A stretch of DNA of 64,000 nt from an uncultured Gemmatimonadales bacterium (GTDB lineage Bacteria; Gemmatimonadota; Gemmatimonadetes; Gemmatimonadales; Gemmatimonadaceae). The notes under the pieces are model-generated. The model was not told the origin of the DNA. It made no database searches and worked only from the letters and a program-made list of their open reading frames with translations. Numbering within the stretch: the stretch's first letter is position 1; the number at the start of each line of letters is the position of its first letter. Location of the stretch: the NCBI GenBank assembly GCA_963707505.1, contig CAVPQB010000001.1, positions 32,001 to 96,000 on the forward strand, written 5' to 3'. This document shows, piece after piece, positions 1 through 10,270 of this stretch. Made by a program: the position numbers and the translations under genes.

Positions 1-10
1 CGAGCAAACA

Positions 11-2413
11 TTGACGGATCTCCGCGAACAACTTCAGGCCACACTTGGCGACTGCTACGCCATCGAGCGCGAGCTCGGTGGCGGCGGCATGTCGCGCGTC
101 TTTGTCGCTCGCGACGTAACGCTCGGTCGCGACGTTGTGGTGAAAGTCATCGCTCCCGAAAACGCGCAGGGATTGAGCGCGGAGCGGTTCGCACGCGAAG
201 TAAAGCTCGCGGCACGCCTCCAGCAGGCGAACATCGTGCCGGTGCTCGCAGCCGGCACCTCTGGCAATCTCCCTTATTACACGATGCCGTTCGTGCGCGG
301 CGAGTCGTTGCGCGCGCGGCTGGCCAGTGGCACGGCGCTCGGCGTACCGGAAGCGGTGAGCATTCTCCGCGACGTCGCGCGCGCGCTCGCGTACGCGCAT
401 GCAGAGCACGTGGTGCACCGCGACATCAAGCCCGAGAATATCCTGCTCTCCGGCGGCGCAGCGGTCGTCACGGATTTCGGAATCGCGAAAGCGATTGTTG
501 CGTCGCGAACGCTGGATGCGGGTTCCACCACTGGAATCACAATGGCTGGCGTATCGCTCGGAACACCGGCATACATGGCGCCCGAGCAGGCACTCGGCGA
601 TCCCGGAACCGACCAGCGCGCCGACATCTACGCCTGGGGTGTTGTCGCATGGGAATTGCTCGGCGGGACGCATCCATTCGCGGAACGAAAGACGATGCAG
701 GCCTTGATCACCGCGCACGTTACCGAGAAGCCGCCGTCGCTCACCGAACGACGTCCTGAAGTACCCGAAGCACTTGCCGCGCTAGTGATGCGTTGTCTCG
801 AAAAGAATCCTGAGAACAGACCGCAATCCGCGAGTGAGCTGCTTGCAGCGGTTGAATCGGTCAACACGTCGCGTGAGAGTGTCGCGGCACCAGTCGCTCC
901 CCAGCGAAGGAACAGGGCGATTCCAATCGCCGCTGCGCTTGTTGCCGCAGTCGTGTCTGTGCTCGTCGTCCAGCACTTTCGTCACGCAACTGCAGCGGCG
1001 ACTGATAAATCGCTTGCTGTGTTGCCATTCACTGCGTCCGGCGGCGATACAGCGAATACATATCTCGCTGAAGGGATCGCCGACGAGGTCAACAACACAC
1101 TATCACAGATCCCGGGATTGCGAATCGCGGGGCGGAGCTCGGCCGCACGGTTTGCAAGGAGCAACGGCACGCCACAGGAAGCCGGCGCAGCTCTCAAGGT
1201 CGCTTCCGTGCTGGACGGCACGGTACGCCGCGAAGGTGACCAGATTCGCATCACCGCGGAGCTGTCGAGTGCGAGCGACGGCGCGGTCACGTGGCACGAC
1301 AGCTACACACGTGCGGCAAAAGATATCTTCGCTGTTCAGGATGAAATCGCTCGCGCTATCGCGGGACAATTGCAGGTCACGCTCGGCAATGCCGGCACGG
1401 CGTCGCTCGCTGCAAGCGGAACGCGCAATGCCACTGCGTACGATCTGTATCTGAAGGGGATGTACCTCTATCGCCGCCGTGGACCTGGAATAGCAGATGC
1501 GATTTCCACGCTCGACCAGGCGACGGCACAGGACTCCACATTTGCCCGTGCGTGGGCGGGCCTCTCCAACGCGCTCACCGTGTCGCCTTCCTATCTCGAC
1601 ACGCACGCGGGTGACGTTCTTCCTCGCGCGCGCCAGGCCGCGGAGCGTGCCATACGGCTGGATTCGGTGCTGCCGGACGGATATCTCGCGCTCGGATATG
1701 TCGACGCCGAACAGTTTCAATGGAAAGCCGCGGAATCCGAGCTGCGTCGAGCGATTGCGCTCGATCCCAACAACGCCGAAGCGCGATACAGGCTCGGCTA
1801 CACGTTCTTCAATCAGGGTCGTGTAGCGGATGCCATTCCGCAGTTCCGAAGCGCAGAAGCGAGAGATCCGCTTTACTTCCTGCCCGCGGTCTATCTAGGC
1901 TGGGCGCAGGTCCGCATGGGACAGATTCCCGAAGGTATTGCCGAGATACGGCGCGGCCTCGCGCTGGAGCCGCAGAGCATTACCGCGCTGTGCCTTCTCG
2001 CGCTGGCATACGATCGCGTCGGGTTGCCAGATTCCGCGCGGTTGTACGCGCACCGTATAGTCGAGACTTCATCGCAGCCCGCGCGCATCGGCGAGGCGGC
2101 ATATGTGCTCGCCCGGAACGGCGATCGGCGCGGCGCCGAGCAGCTGACGCGACAGTTGGAGGCGACACGGGAGAATGCATGGACGCGCTGGACCGGACTC
2201 GAGCTCGCGTACAACGGATTGGGCGACACAGTTCGGGCCCTTGCTGCACTGGACCACGCAGCTGCGGGCGACGGTGACGAGTGGCCGACGTTCGGCATCA
2301 CGTACGCTAAAGAGCTCACCCCGAGTCCGCACATCGCCGCGGTATTGCGCCGATACAATCTCGATCCGGCGAACCTCATGGCGCGGCCGGCCACGGCGCG
2401 TAGCGTGCGATGA
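11..2413 (+). CDS. Ser/Thr protein kinase STK1: kinase + TM + TolB-N-like domain + TPR repeats
   Basis: Motifs [26 protein letters not shown]. Hydrophobic stretch IPIAAALVAAVVSVLVV, then KSLAVLPF...YLAEGIADEV (TolB-N-like) and AYDLYLKG-type TPR helices. TTG start. Confidence 0.93.
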   Translation: MTDLREQLQATLGDCYAIERELGGGGMSRVFVARDVTLGRDVVVKVIAPENAQGLSAERFAREVKLAARLQQANIVPVLAAGTSGNLPYYTMPFVRGESLRARLASGTALGVPEAVSILRDVARALAYAHAEHVVHRDIKPENILLSGGAAVVTDFGIAKAIVASRTLDAGSTTGITMAGVSLGTPAYMAPEQALGDPGTDQRADIYAWGVVAWELLGGTHPFAERKTMQALITAHVTEKPPSLTERRPEVPEALAALVMRCLEKNPENRPQSASELLAAVESVNTSRESVAAPVAPQRRNRAIPIAAALVAAVVSVLVVQHFRHATAAATDKSLAVLPFTASGGDTANTYLAEGIADEVNNTLSQIPGLRIAGRSSAARFARSNGTPQEAGAALKVASVLDGTVRREGDQIRITAELSSASDGAVTWHDSYTRAAKDIFAVQDEIARAIAGQLQVTLGNAGTASLAASGTRNATAYDLYLKGMYLYRRRGPGIADAISTLDQATAQDSTFARAWAGLSNALTVSPSYLDTHAGDVLPRARQAAERAIRLDSVLPDGYLALGYVDAEQFQWKAAESELRRAIALDPNNAEARYRLGYTFFNQGRVADAIPQFRSAEARDPLYFLPAVYLGWAQVRMGQIPEGIAEIRRGLALEPQSITALCLLALAYDRVGLPDSARLYAHRIVETSSQPARIGEAAYVLARNGDRRGAEQLTRQLEATRENAWTRWTGLELAYNGLGDTVRALAALDHAAAGDGDEWPTFGITYAKELTPSPHIAAVLRRYNLDPANLMARPATARSVR

Positions 2414-4860
2414 CATCGTCATCGACAGATCTTCGCGACCGCCTGCAGCTCACGTTGGCTAATGCCTATACGATCGAGCGCGAGCTGGGCGGCGGAGGCA
2501 TGTCGCGCGTCTTTCGCGCACACGACGACACGCTCGGCCGCGATGTGGTGATCAAGGTGCTCACATCAGAGCTTGCCCAGGAGTTGTCAGCCGAGCGCTT
2601 CGAGCGCGAGGTGCGGGTTACCGCGCAGTTGCAGCATCCACACATTGTACCGGTGATCACTGCGGGAGTCACGGACGCGCGGCCGTACTACGTCATGCCG
2701 TTCGTGGCCGGCGAGTCGCTGCGCGCACGCCTTGCCGGCGGTACTCCGCTCGATCTTTCCGCATCGGTGAAGGTGCTCTCCGCTGTGGCGCAAGCTCTCG
2801 ATTACGCGCATCGCCGCGGAGTAATCCATCGCGACATCAAGCCGGAGAACATACTCCTCTCGGACGGCATCGCAGTGGTGACTGACTTCGGCATCGCGAA
2901 AGCCATCGACGCGGCGAAAACCGTTGCGCCGGGAAGCACGCTCACGCAGCTCGGCACGTCGATCGGCACGCCGGCGTACATGGCTCCCGAGCAGGCGGCG
3001 GGAGATCCTTCGACGGATCACCGCGCCGATATCTATGCGTGGGGCGTGGTGGCGTACGAGCTGTTGTCGGGGCACCATCCGTTCGCGAGCCGTACGTCGC
3101 CGCAGCAGTTGCTCGCAGCGCACATGTCGGAGATTCCCGCGCCGTTGCGCCGCGCAGCGCCGGGTGTGTCGCCCGCGCTGGCCACACTGGTCATGCAGTG
3201 CCTGGAGAAGGATCCGGCGCGGCGCCCCGATTCTGCGGCCGCGCTGGTCGACGTGATGAGCACACAGCGATCGCAGGGTGGGTTCGGCGGTATTACCGGC
3301 ATGCGTCGAGCGGTAGTAGCAAGTGCTGTGCTGCTCACGATTGCCGCGATTGGAGGAGTCGCGTGGCGCTGGCGCGAGAGTGTTGGCGGTGCGGCGCCAC
3401 CGCCGGGCGCGCACACGCTCGCGGTGCTTCCGTTCGCCAACCTTAGCGGTGACACCACGCAGCAGTACTTTGCCGACGGTCTGGCCGATGAGCTGACGAC
3501 CGCGCTTGGTCGGACGCCGGGGCTCCGCGTCGCCGCACGCAGCGCGGCCTTCGCACCCGCGCTACGCAGTCTCGATGCGATGGCGGCGGGCAGGCGTCTC
3601 GACGTGGCGACGGTACTCGAAGGCGCAGTACGCCGTTCCGGACCGCGCATTCGCCTTTCGGCGGAACTCGTCGGCGTACACGATGGCACGGTGCTGTGGA
3701 GCGACGAGTTCGAGCATGATGGGGGTGATGTCTTCGCGGCGCAGGACGATCTCACACATCGCGTGGCCGCCGCACTCCATGATCGCCTTGCCGTAGCGCG
3801 AGCGCGCGCTACCTCGTTCGATCGCGGTACGTCGGACGAGGTGGCGTATGACCTGTACCTGCAGGCACGTTATCTGTTCGCCCGTCGCGGCACGGCCAAT
3901 CTCCTGCACGCGGCAGCGCTGCTGGCCCAGGCGATCCATCGGGACAGCACGTTCGCACGCGCGATGGCAACACTTGCGATGGTACAGGTAGTGCTCCCCG
4001 AGTACACGCAGTTGTCAGCCGTCAGCGCGACCACTGACGGACAGCAGACTCGCGATACGATGATCACCGCCGGTCTGCGCAACGCGGCGCGGGCCATTGC
4101 ACGCGACTCCACACTCGCCGACGCATACGTCGCTCAGGGATACGGGCTTATCGCACGGTGGGATTGGGATGGGAGCGAAACAAGCTTCCGCCGGGCTCTC
4201 GCACTTGAACCCTTGAACCCGGAGGCGCACCACTGGCACGCTGACCTGCTGTACGCACGCGGTGACATCGACGGCGCGCTTAACGAGCAGCGACGCGCGC
4301 AGCAACTCGACCCAACGGCGGCTATCGTCGTCGCGGAGGTCGCGAATGAACTATACGATAAACACCTATACGCCGAGGCTATCGCTACCGGACATCGCGC
4401 AAGTGCAATGGATCCCCTCCTCGGATTCTCGTACCTCAACTACGCGCCGGCATTCATCCTCATGGGATATCCCGACTCGGCGATGGAGGCACTCGCGACA
4501 GCGCAGCGACTGGATGGTGGTGGACAGGACCAGCAGGGGGTCGCCATGCGAGCCGCTATACGCGCCGCCGCACTCACGCGTTTGAAGCGTAATGATGAGG
4601 CACGCCAGCAGGTCGCAATTGTCGAAGCCATGGTGAAGAGCGGGGGCTCTGCGTACACCGCAGCGTTGGCGCGGATGGGGATCGGCGACCACGAAGGGGC
4701 ACTTCGATGGTTGACACGCAGCATCGACGCACGCGAGGAGGCTCCCGCATCCTGGGGAGTGAGCTGCGACCCGATGTTCGATCCGCTCAAGTCCGATCCA
4801 CGCTTCGGTGTGCTCATGGCACGGATGAACGTACATGTCTGTCCGCCGGGGCCTGGCTGA
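2410..4860 (+). CDS. Ser/Thr protein kinase STK2: kinase + TM + TolB-N-like + TPR
   Basis: [54 protein letters not shown]...YFADGLADEL; ends DPMFDPLKSDPRF. ATGA overlap with STK1. Confidence 0.93.
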   Translation: MTSSSTDLRDRLQLTLANAYTIERELGGGGMSRVFRAHDDTLGRDVVIKVLTSELAQELSAERFEREVRVTAQLQHPHIVPVITAGVTDARPYYVMPFVAGESLRARLAGGTPLDLSASVKVLSAVAQALDYAHRRGVIHRDIKPENILLSDGIAVVTDFGIAKAIDAAKTVAPGSTLTQLGTSIGTPAYMAPEQAAGDPSTDHRADIYAWGVVAYELLSGHHPFASRTSPQQLLAAHMSEIPAPLRRAAPGVSPALATLVMQCLEKDPARRPDSAAALVDVMSTQRSQGGFGGITGMRRAVVASAVLLTIAAIGGVAWRWRESVGGAAPPPGAHTLAVLPFANLSGDTTQQYFADGLADELTTALGRTPGLRVAARSAAFAPALRSLDAMAAGRRLDVATVLEGAVRRSGPRIRLSAELVGVHDGTVLWSDEFEHDGGDVFAAQDDLTHRVAAALHDRLAVARARATSFDRGTSDEVAYDLYLQARYLFARRGTANLLHAAALLAQAIHRDSTFARAMATLAMVQVVLPEYTQLSAVSATTDGQQTRDTMITAGLRNAARAIARDSTLADAYVAQGYGLIARWDWDGSETSFRRALALEPLNPEAHHWHADLLYARGDIDGALNEQRRAQQLDPTAAIVVAEVANELYDKHLYAEAIATGHRASAMDPLLGFSYLNYAPAFILMGYPDSAMEALATAQRLDGGGQDQQGVAMRAAIRAAALTRLKRNDEARQQVAIVEAMVKSGGSAYTAALARMGIGDHEGALRWLTRSIDAREEAPASWGVSCDPMFDPLKSDPRFGVLMARMNVHVCPPGPG

Positions 4861-4882
4861 TCCGATGATGGAACCTGTGCAA

Positions 4883-7558
4883 ATGACCGAGTCTGCTGCG
4901 CGCCTTGCCGCGTCGCTGGCAGACCGCTATCGCATCGAGCGCGAGCTCGGTGCGGGTGGCATGGCAACTGTCTATCTCGCCGAAGATCTCAAGCATCACC
5001 GTAGAGTCGCGATAAAGGTGCTGCACGCAGAGCTCTCGGCTATCCTGGGCCCGGAACGCTTCCTGAAGGAGATCGAGCTCACCGCGAACCTTCAGCATCC
5101 GCACATCCTGCCGCTCTTCGACAGTGGAAGCGCTGATGGATTGCTGTACTACGTCATGCCGTACGTCGAAGGCGAGACGCTGCGCGGCCGACTGGATCGC
5201 GACCGGCAGCTCCCCGTCGACGACGCCGTTCGGATAGCGACCGAGGCCGCCGATGCACTCGACTACGCGCACGGCCGCGGCATCGTGCATCGCGACATCA
5301 AGCCGGAGAACATTCTTCTACAAAACGGCCACGCCCTCGTCGCCGATTTCGGCATCGCGCTCGCCGTCGAGCAGGCGGGCGGCAAGCGCATGACGCAGAC
5401 CGGCCTCTCACTTGGCACGCCGCAGTACATGAGCCCCGAACAGGCGATGGGCGAACGGGATATTGGTCCGCGCTCCGACATCTACTCGCTCGGCGCCGTG
5501 ACGTATGAGATGCTCGCCGGTGATCCTCCATTCACAGGCTCGACCGCGCAGGCGATCGTGGCGCAGGTGATCACGAGTGAGCCGCGCTCACTCACTGCGC
5601 AGCGCAAGAGTGTGCCGGCACATGTCAACGACGCCGTGCTCACAGCGCTGGAGAAACTTTCTGCAGACCGCTTTGAAACCGCAACACAGTTCGCGGCAGC
5701 GCTTGCGAACAAATCATTCACCACGACCACTGGATCGACACAGCGACGTGATCGAAGCGGCACGGATTGGCGCGCACGTGCACGCGACCCACTGGTGTTG
5801 GCACTCGGCGCGCTCGCAATAGCGTTGGCGATCGGGCTCGTCGCACTCTCGCGGCGCGCGACCACGAGTGATCCGTTCCCTCTGCGAGTCGAGTTGCCGC
5901 TCCCGCCGGGCGGAGCGCCATCGGGATCACCAGCACTTTCGCCGGATGGCCACACCATCGTCTATGCTGCCCAGACGCCATCGGGCCAGGGAGAGAGCCC
6001 ATTCATGGGTCGGACGACAAGTCTGTATCTGCGCAGGCTCGATCAACTCACTTCCCGCGCAATTCCCAACACGAACAACGCCGGACTTCCGGCCTTTTCG
6101 CCTGACGGGAAGTCGATTGCGGTGATCGTCAACCGTCGGAAGCTCATCCGGGTGCCGCTTGACGGAGGTCCTGAAGTCACACTCGCCGATGTTCCCGACG
6201 ATGGCGGCGTCGATTGGTCGTCCGGCGGAGACATCGTGATCGGCGGCGGTGCATTCGAGGAGCTCAGAGGACTCTATCATGTGAACGCCAGCGGCGGAAC
6301 GCTGTCACCGCTCACGCATGTGAACGCAAAGCGCAAGGAGCACAGTCACGAATATCCGCGCGTGCTCGCCGATGGCAATACCGTCGTGTTCACGATCTGG
6401 TACGGCACCGTCGATCGCGCCGAGCTCGCGGTGACGTCGCTCGACGACGGAAGCAAGGTGTCACCGCTCGGTATTCTCGCGGCAAGGGCACTCGGAGTGG
6501 TCAATGGTCAGCTGGTGTACGTGCGCGCCGACGGTACCGTCATGGCGGTCCCGTTCGACGTCCGACGTCGGTACGTCTCCGGCACCCCCGTGCAGGTACT
6601 CGATTCCGTACGGATGATCGGCGCCGAAACCGGATACGCGGCAGCATATCTCACTCAATCCGGCGGACTCGTGTACGCTTCCGGAACGCTGAACCGCCGC
6701 CTTGTTTGGGCGGATCGGAACGGTGCGACTCACGACGCATTCAGCGAGCCGCGCGAGTTTCAGTTCGTGCGCTTATCGCCCGATGGGCAACGCGCTGCAC
6801 TTGGCATCGGCACCGGAACCGGCAACAACCTTTGGATTCTGGATTTTGCGGCCGGAACCCTCACACCCTTGACCACAGCCGGCCGAAGCCGTAACCCGAG
6901 CTGGTCGTCCGATAGCCGGAGAATTCTGTTTGCCTCCAATCACTCCGGACAGGCTGCATTATGGTGGCAACCTGCAGATGGCAGTGGACCTGCCGTGATG
7001 GTTGGAGTGCCGCGTCACAATCCATGGTTCGTCGATCTCTCGCCTGACGGACGCACTACGGTATTCAACGCGATTTACGACGGCACCTTCAATCTTGAGA
7101 CGTTCTCGCTGGACGCGGGGCACGCCGAGCGTGACGTGTCTGCATCGGCGATCGCAACAGAGGTGTTTGGCAGGTTCTCCCCAGACGGACATTCCATCGC
7201 GTACAACTCCGACGAATCCGGCCGTCCCGAAGTTTACGTGCGGTCGTTTCCCGATGTGGGCAGCAGAATTCAGATTTCCACCGGCGGCGGCCGTCGTCCA
7301 GTCTGGGCCTCGGATGGAAAGACCCTGTACTACTGGGAAGGCAACAGATTGACATCCGCAACGCTGGCGAGGGATCCGGCACTGCGAGTGGTCTCGCGAC
7401 AGTCGCTGTTCGATGGACGCTACGAGACGGACTACGACATCTCACACGATGGAATGCGCTTTCTGATGATCCAAACCGAAACGTCCGGCCTCAACCTGGT
7501 GGTTGTTCCCAACTGGCAGACGGAACTGCATCAGTTGACGGCAAGGAGGAAGCAATAG
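4883..7558 (+). CDS. Ser/Thr protein kinase STK3: kinase + TM + PD40/TolB-like beta-propeller
   Basis: [47 protein letters not shown]; repeated (F/L)SPDG motifs. Start at ATG 4883 by analogy with STK4 (alternatives 4865/4868). Confidence 0.92.
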   Translation: MTESAARLAASLADRYRIERELGAGGMATVYLAEDLKHHRRVAIKVLHAELSAILGPERFLKEIELTANLQHPHILPLFDSGSADGLLYYVMPYVEGETLRGRLDRDRQLPVDDAVRIATEAADALDYAHGRGIVHRDIKPENILLQNGHALVADFGIALAVEQAGGKRMTQTGLSLGTPQYMSPEQAMGERDIGPRSDIYSLGAVTYEMLAGDPPFTGSTAQAIVAQVITSEPRSLTAQRKSVPAHVNDAVLTALEKLSADRFETATQFAAALANKSFTTTTGSTQRRDRSGTDWRARARDPLVLALGALAIALAIGLVALSRRATTSDPFPLRVELPLPPGGAPSGSPALSPDGHTIVYAAQTPSGQGESPFMGRTTSLYLRRLDQLTSRAIPNTNNAGLPAFSPDGKSIAVIVNRRKLIRVPLDGGPEVTLADVPDDGGVDWSSGGDIVIGGGAFEELRGLYHVNASGGTLSPLTHVNAKRKEHSHEYPRVLADGNTVVFTIWYGTVDRAELAVTSLDDGSKVSPLGILAARALGVVNGQLVYVRADGTVMAVPFDVRRRYVSGTPVQVLDSVRMIGAETGYAAAYLTQSGGLVYASGTLNRRLVWADRNGATHDAFSEPREFQFVRLSPDGQRAALGIGTGTGNNLWILDFAAGTLTPLTTAGRSRNPSWSSDSRRILFASNHSGQAALWWQPADGSGPAVMVGVPRHNPWFVDLSPDGRTTVFNAIYDGTFNLETFSLDAGHAERDVSASAIATEVFGRFSPDGHSIAYNSDESGRPEVYVRSFPDVGSRIQISTGGGRRPVWASDGKTLYYWEGNRLTSATLARDPALRVVSRQSLFDGRYETDYDISHDGMRFLMIQTETSGLNLVVVPNWQTELHQLTARRKQ

Positions 7559-10270
7559 ATGACCGAAGCCGCTGCACGACTGAGCGCGAGTCTCGCTGAC
7601 CGATACACGATCGAGCGGGAACTCGGTGCAGGCGGCATGGCGACAGTGTATCTGGCCCACGACATCAAGCACGATCGAAATGTAGCGATAAAAGTATTGC
7701 GTCCCGAGCTCGCTGCCGTGATCGGTGCAGATCGCTTCCTGAGCGAGATCAGAACTACGGCCAATCTGCAGCATCCGCACATCCTGCCGCTGTTCGACTC
7801 CGGTGCGGCTGACGGATTTCTGTTCTACGTCATGCCGTTCATCGAGGGTGAATCGCTGCGTGATCGACTGAATCGTGAGAAGCAACTCCCGATCAACGAC
7901 TCCGTTCGCATAGCCACCGAAGTTGCAAGTGCACTCGATTACGCGCATCGGCACGGTGTCATCCACCGCGACATCAAGCCCGAGAACATCCTCCTGCACG
8001 ACGGTCGTGCGTTGGTGGCCGACTTCGGGATCGCGCTCGCCGCAAGCAAGGCAGGTGGAAGCCGCATGACCGAGACCGGCATGTCGCTCGGCACACCGCA
8101 GTACATGAGCCCCGAGCAGGCGATGGGCGAGCGCGACATCACGGCACGCTCGGACGTGTACGCTCTGGGTGCAGTGCTGTACGAGATGCTGCTCGGCGAG
8201 CCGCCGTTCACAGGGCCAACGGCACAGGCGGTAGTCGCGAAAGTGATGACGGAAAAGCCGTCCGATATCATTGCACGACGCGAACGTGTGCCGCTGCATG
8301 TTGAAGACGCCACCCTGACTGCGCTCGAGAAGCTTCCGGCCGATCGCTTTGCGACCGCGGCGCAGTTCGCCGACGCACTCAATGCACCGGCTGCCACGGG
8401 TGCGCGCACATCTGCACGCATCGCAAGCACCCTTCCCGCTGCGCCGTGGTGGCAGCGTCATGCAGCGCCGATCATCGCCGTGCTTGGCGCAGCCGCGGTC
8501 GTTGCAGTCGTTGCCGGTCTGATATCAACAAGGAAATCGTCAACGCCAGCCACAGCCGCGATCAACAGACTTGGCATCGAGCTCGATGCCGGTCGCACGT
8601 TGCAGGAGGCCGGCGGGAGCCGCCTGACATGGAGCCCCGATGGGCGCTCTTTCGTTTACGTTGGGTCAGGACCCCAGGGCACACCGCTACTGTATCTTCG
8701 CTCGCTCGACTCACTCGGAGCCACGCCGATCACCGGAACCGACGGGGCGACGTCGCCGTTCTTCTCTCCGGATGGCAAGTACGTCGCCTTCATCACGACG
8801 ACACCTTACTCGCTGCGCGTGGTTCCTATTACCGGCGGCGAGCCACGCGTCGTGGTGAACGATTCGGTTTCGGGTGGCGGTGGCGACTGGGCACCAGACG
8901 GCTACATCTACTTCGACGGCGCAACCACAATCTCGCGCGTCCATCCTGACGGAACGGGCCGCGAAGCGATAGCGACGCTCGATAGCCTGCGAAGTGAGAT
9001 CGGAGTCGCGTGGCCGCAGGAATTGCCGAACGGACGCGGCGTCATCTTCAGAGTGCGCCGTGCCAGTGACGACGTGGGACGCTACAGCATCGATGTAGTC
9101 GATCTGAAGACGCGTTCCCGCAAGGAACTGGTAAGGGCGACCATGGCCCGCTATGTCCCGTCAGGCCATCTTTTGTACGTACTGGCTGATGGGTCGCTCA
9201 TGGCGTCCCGTATCGACCTCGATCGGCTCGAGCTTACCGGAACACCAGCATCGATCGCACGAGGAGTTGCCATCGGAGCGTTTGGCGCCGCTGATCTCGC
9301 GCTTTCGGCTGACGGTTCGCTGCTCTATACGATCGGTGGTAGAGCCGCCGCGGTCGAGCCTGTATGGGTTGGACGCGACGGTGTTGCAACAAAGCTGGAC
9401 CCCGGATTTCCGGAAATCTTCGTCACTGGCGTCGCACTCTCTCCGGACGACTCTCGCCTTGCGCTCGACGTCCAGGTTTCCGCATCGGTCAATCGCACAG
9501 AAGACATATGGGTCGAGCAGCTCCCCTCAGGCCCCTTCTCCCGGCTCACCTCCGAAGGCGAGCAGAATCGGCGTCCATCCTGGTCGCACGATGGGCGCGA
9601 TGTGCTCTTTCTGTCGAGTCGACGCGGCCCACAGGGACTGTACCGGCAGCGCGCAGACGGCAGTACACCGGCGAAACTTGTCGCGTCAGTCGCCGGAGGA
9701 ATGGCTGAAGGCTTCGAATCTCCCGACGGTCGCTGGCTGGTGGAACGAACGGAGCTGAATACTCCGGGCACCCATGACATAATGGCGATGCAGCTCGGAG
9801 TCGACAGCACGTGGAAGCCGATTGTAGCGACACGCTTCCAGCAGCTCGCACCGGCACTCTCTCCCAACGGACGATGGCTCGCGTACAGCTCCGACGAAAC
9901 CGGACGCTCGGAGATCTATGTCTCACCCTTTCCGAACACGGGCGGCGGGAAAATTCAGGTGTCCACCGCGGGTGGATCGGTACCGCGGTGGGAGAGGAAA
10001 GGTGACGAGCTGTACTACATCAGCGCGAGCAATGATATGATGGCCGCACAGATCCGCGCATCGGCTGACTTTGCCGTGCTGGCGCAAAAGCGCCTCTTCT
10101 CCACAGTTGGATTCTCTGCCGCAACAGCACACGCCGATTACGACGTGACGGCAGACGGCCGGCGCTTCGTCATGCTTCGGCGGTACGCCTCCACCGGCAC
10201 CGAGGCTCCTGCGACGCATGTCGTTCTTGTGCAGAATCTTCTGGCGTATCTAAAAAAGGCGCTGCCGTGA
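7559..10270 (+). CDS. Ser/Thr protein kinase STK4: kinase + TM + PD40/TolB-like beta-propeller
   Basis: Same kinase motifs as STK3. TM IIAVLGAAAVVAVVAGLI; WSPDG/FSPDG/LSPNG repeats. AAGGAGG RBS; ATG directly after the STK3 stop. Confidence 0.93.
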   Translation: MTEAAARLSASLADRYTIERELGAGGMATVYLAHDIKHDRNVAIKVLRPELAAVIGADRFLSEIRTTANLQHPHILPLFDSGAADGFLFYVMPFIEGESLRDRLNREKQLPINDSVRIATEVASALDYAHRHGVIHRDIKPENILLHDGRALVADFGIALAASKAGGSRMTETGMSLGTPQYMSPEQAMGERDITARSDVYALGAVLYEMLLGEPPFTGPTAQAVVAKVMTEKPSDIIARRERVPLHVEDATLTALEKLPADRFATAAQFADALNAPAATGARTSARIASTLPAAPWWQRHAAPIIAVLGAAAVVAVVAGLISTRKSSTPATAAINRLGIELDAGRTLQEAGGSRLTWSPDGRSFVYVGSGPQGTPLLYLRSLDSLGATPITGTDGATSPFFSPDGKYVAFITTTPYSLRVVPITGGEPRVVVNDSVSGGGGDWAPDGYIYFDGATTISRVHPDGTGREAIATLDSLRSEIGVAWPQELPNGRGVIFRVRRASDDVGRYSIDVVDLKTRSRKELVRATMARYVPSGHLLYVLADGSLMASRIDLDRLELTGTPASIARGVAIGAFGAADLALSADGSLLYTIGGRAAAVEPVWVGRDGVATKLDPGFPEIFVTGVALSPDDSRLALDVQVSASVNRTEDIWVEQLPSGPFSRLTSEGEQNRRPSWSHDGRDVLFLSSRRGPQGLYRQRADGSTPAKLVASVAGGMAEGFESPDGRWLVERTELNTPGTHDIMAMQLGVDSTWKPIVATRFQQLAPALSPNGRWLAYSSDETGRSEIYVSPFPNTGGGKIQVSTAGGSVPRWERKGDELYYISASNDMMAAQIRASADFAVLAQKRLFSTVGFSAATAHADYDVTADGRRFVMLRRYASTGTEAPATHVVLVQNLLAYLKKALP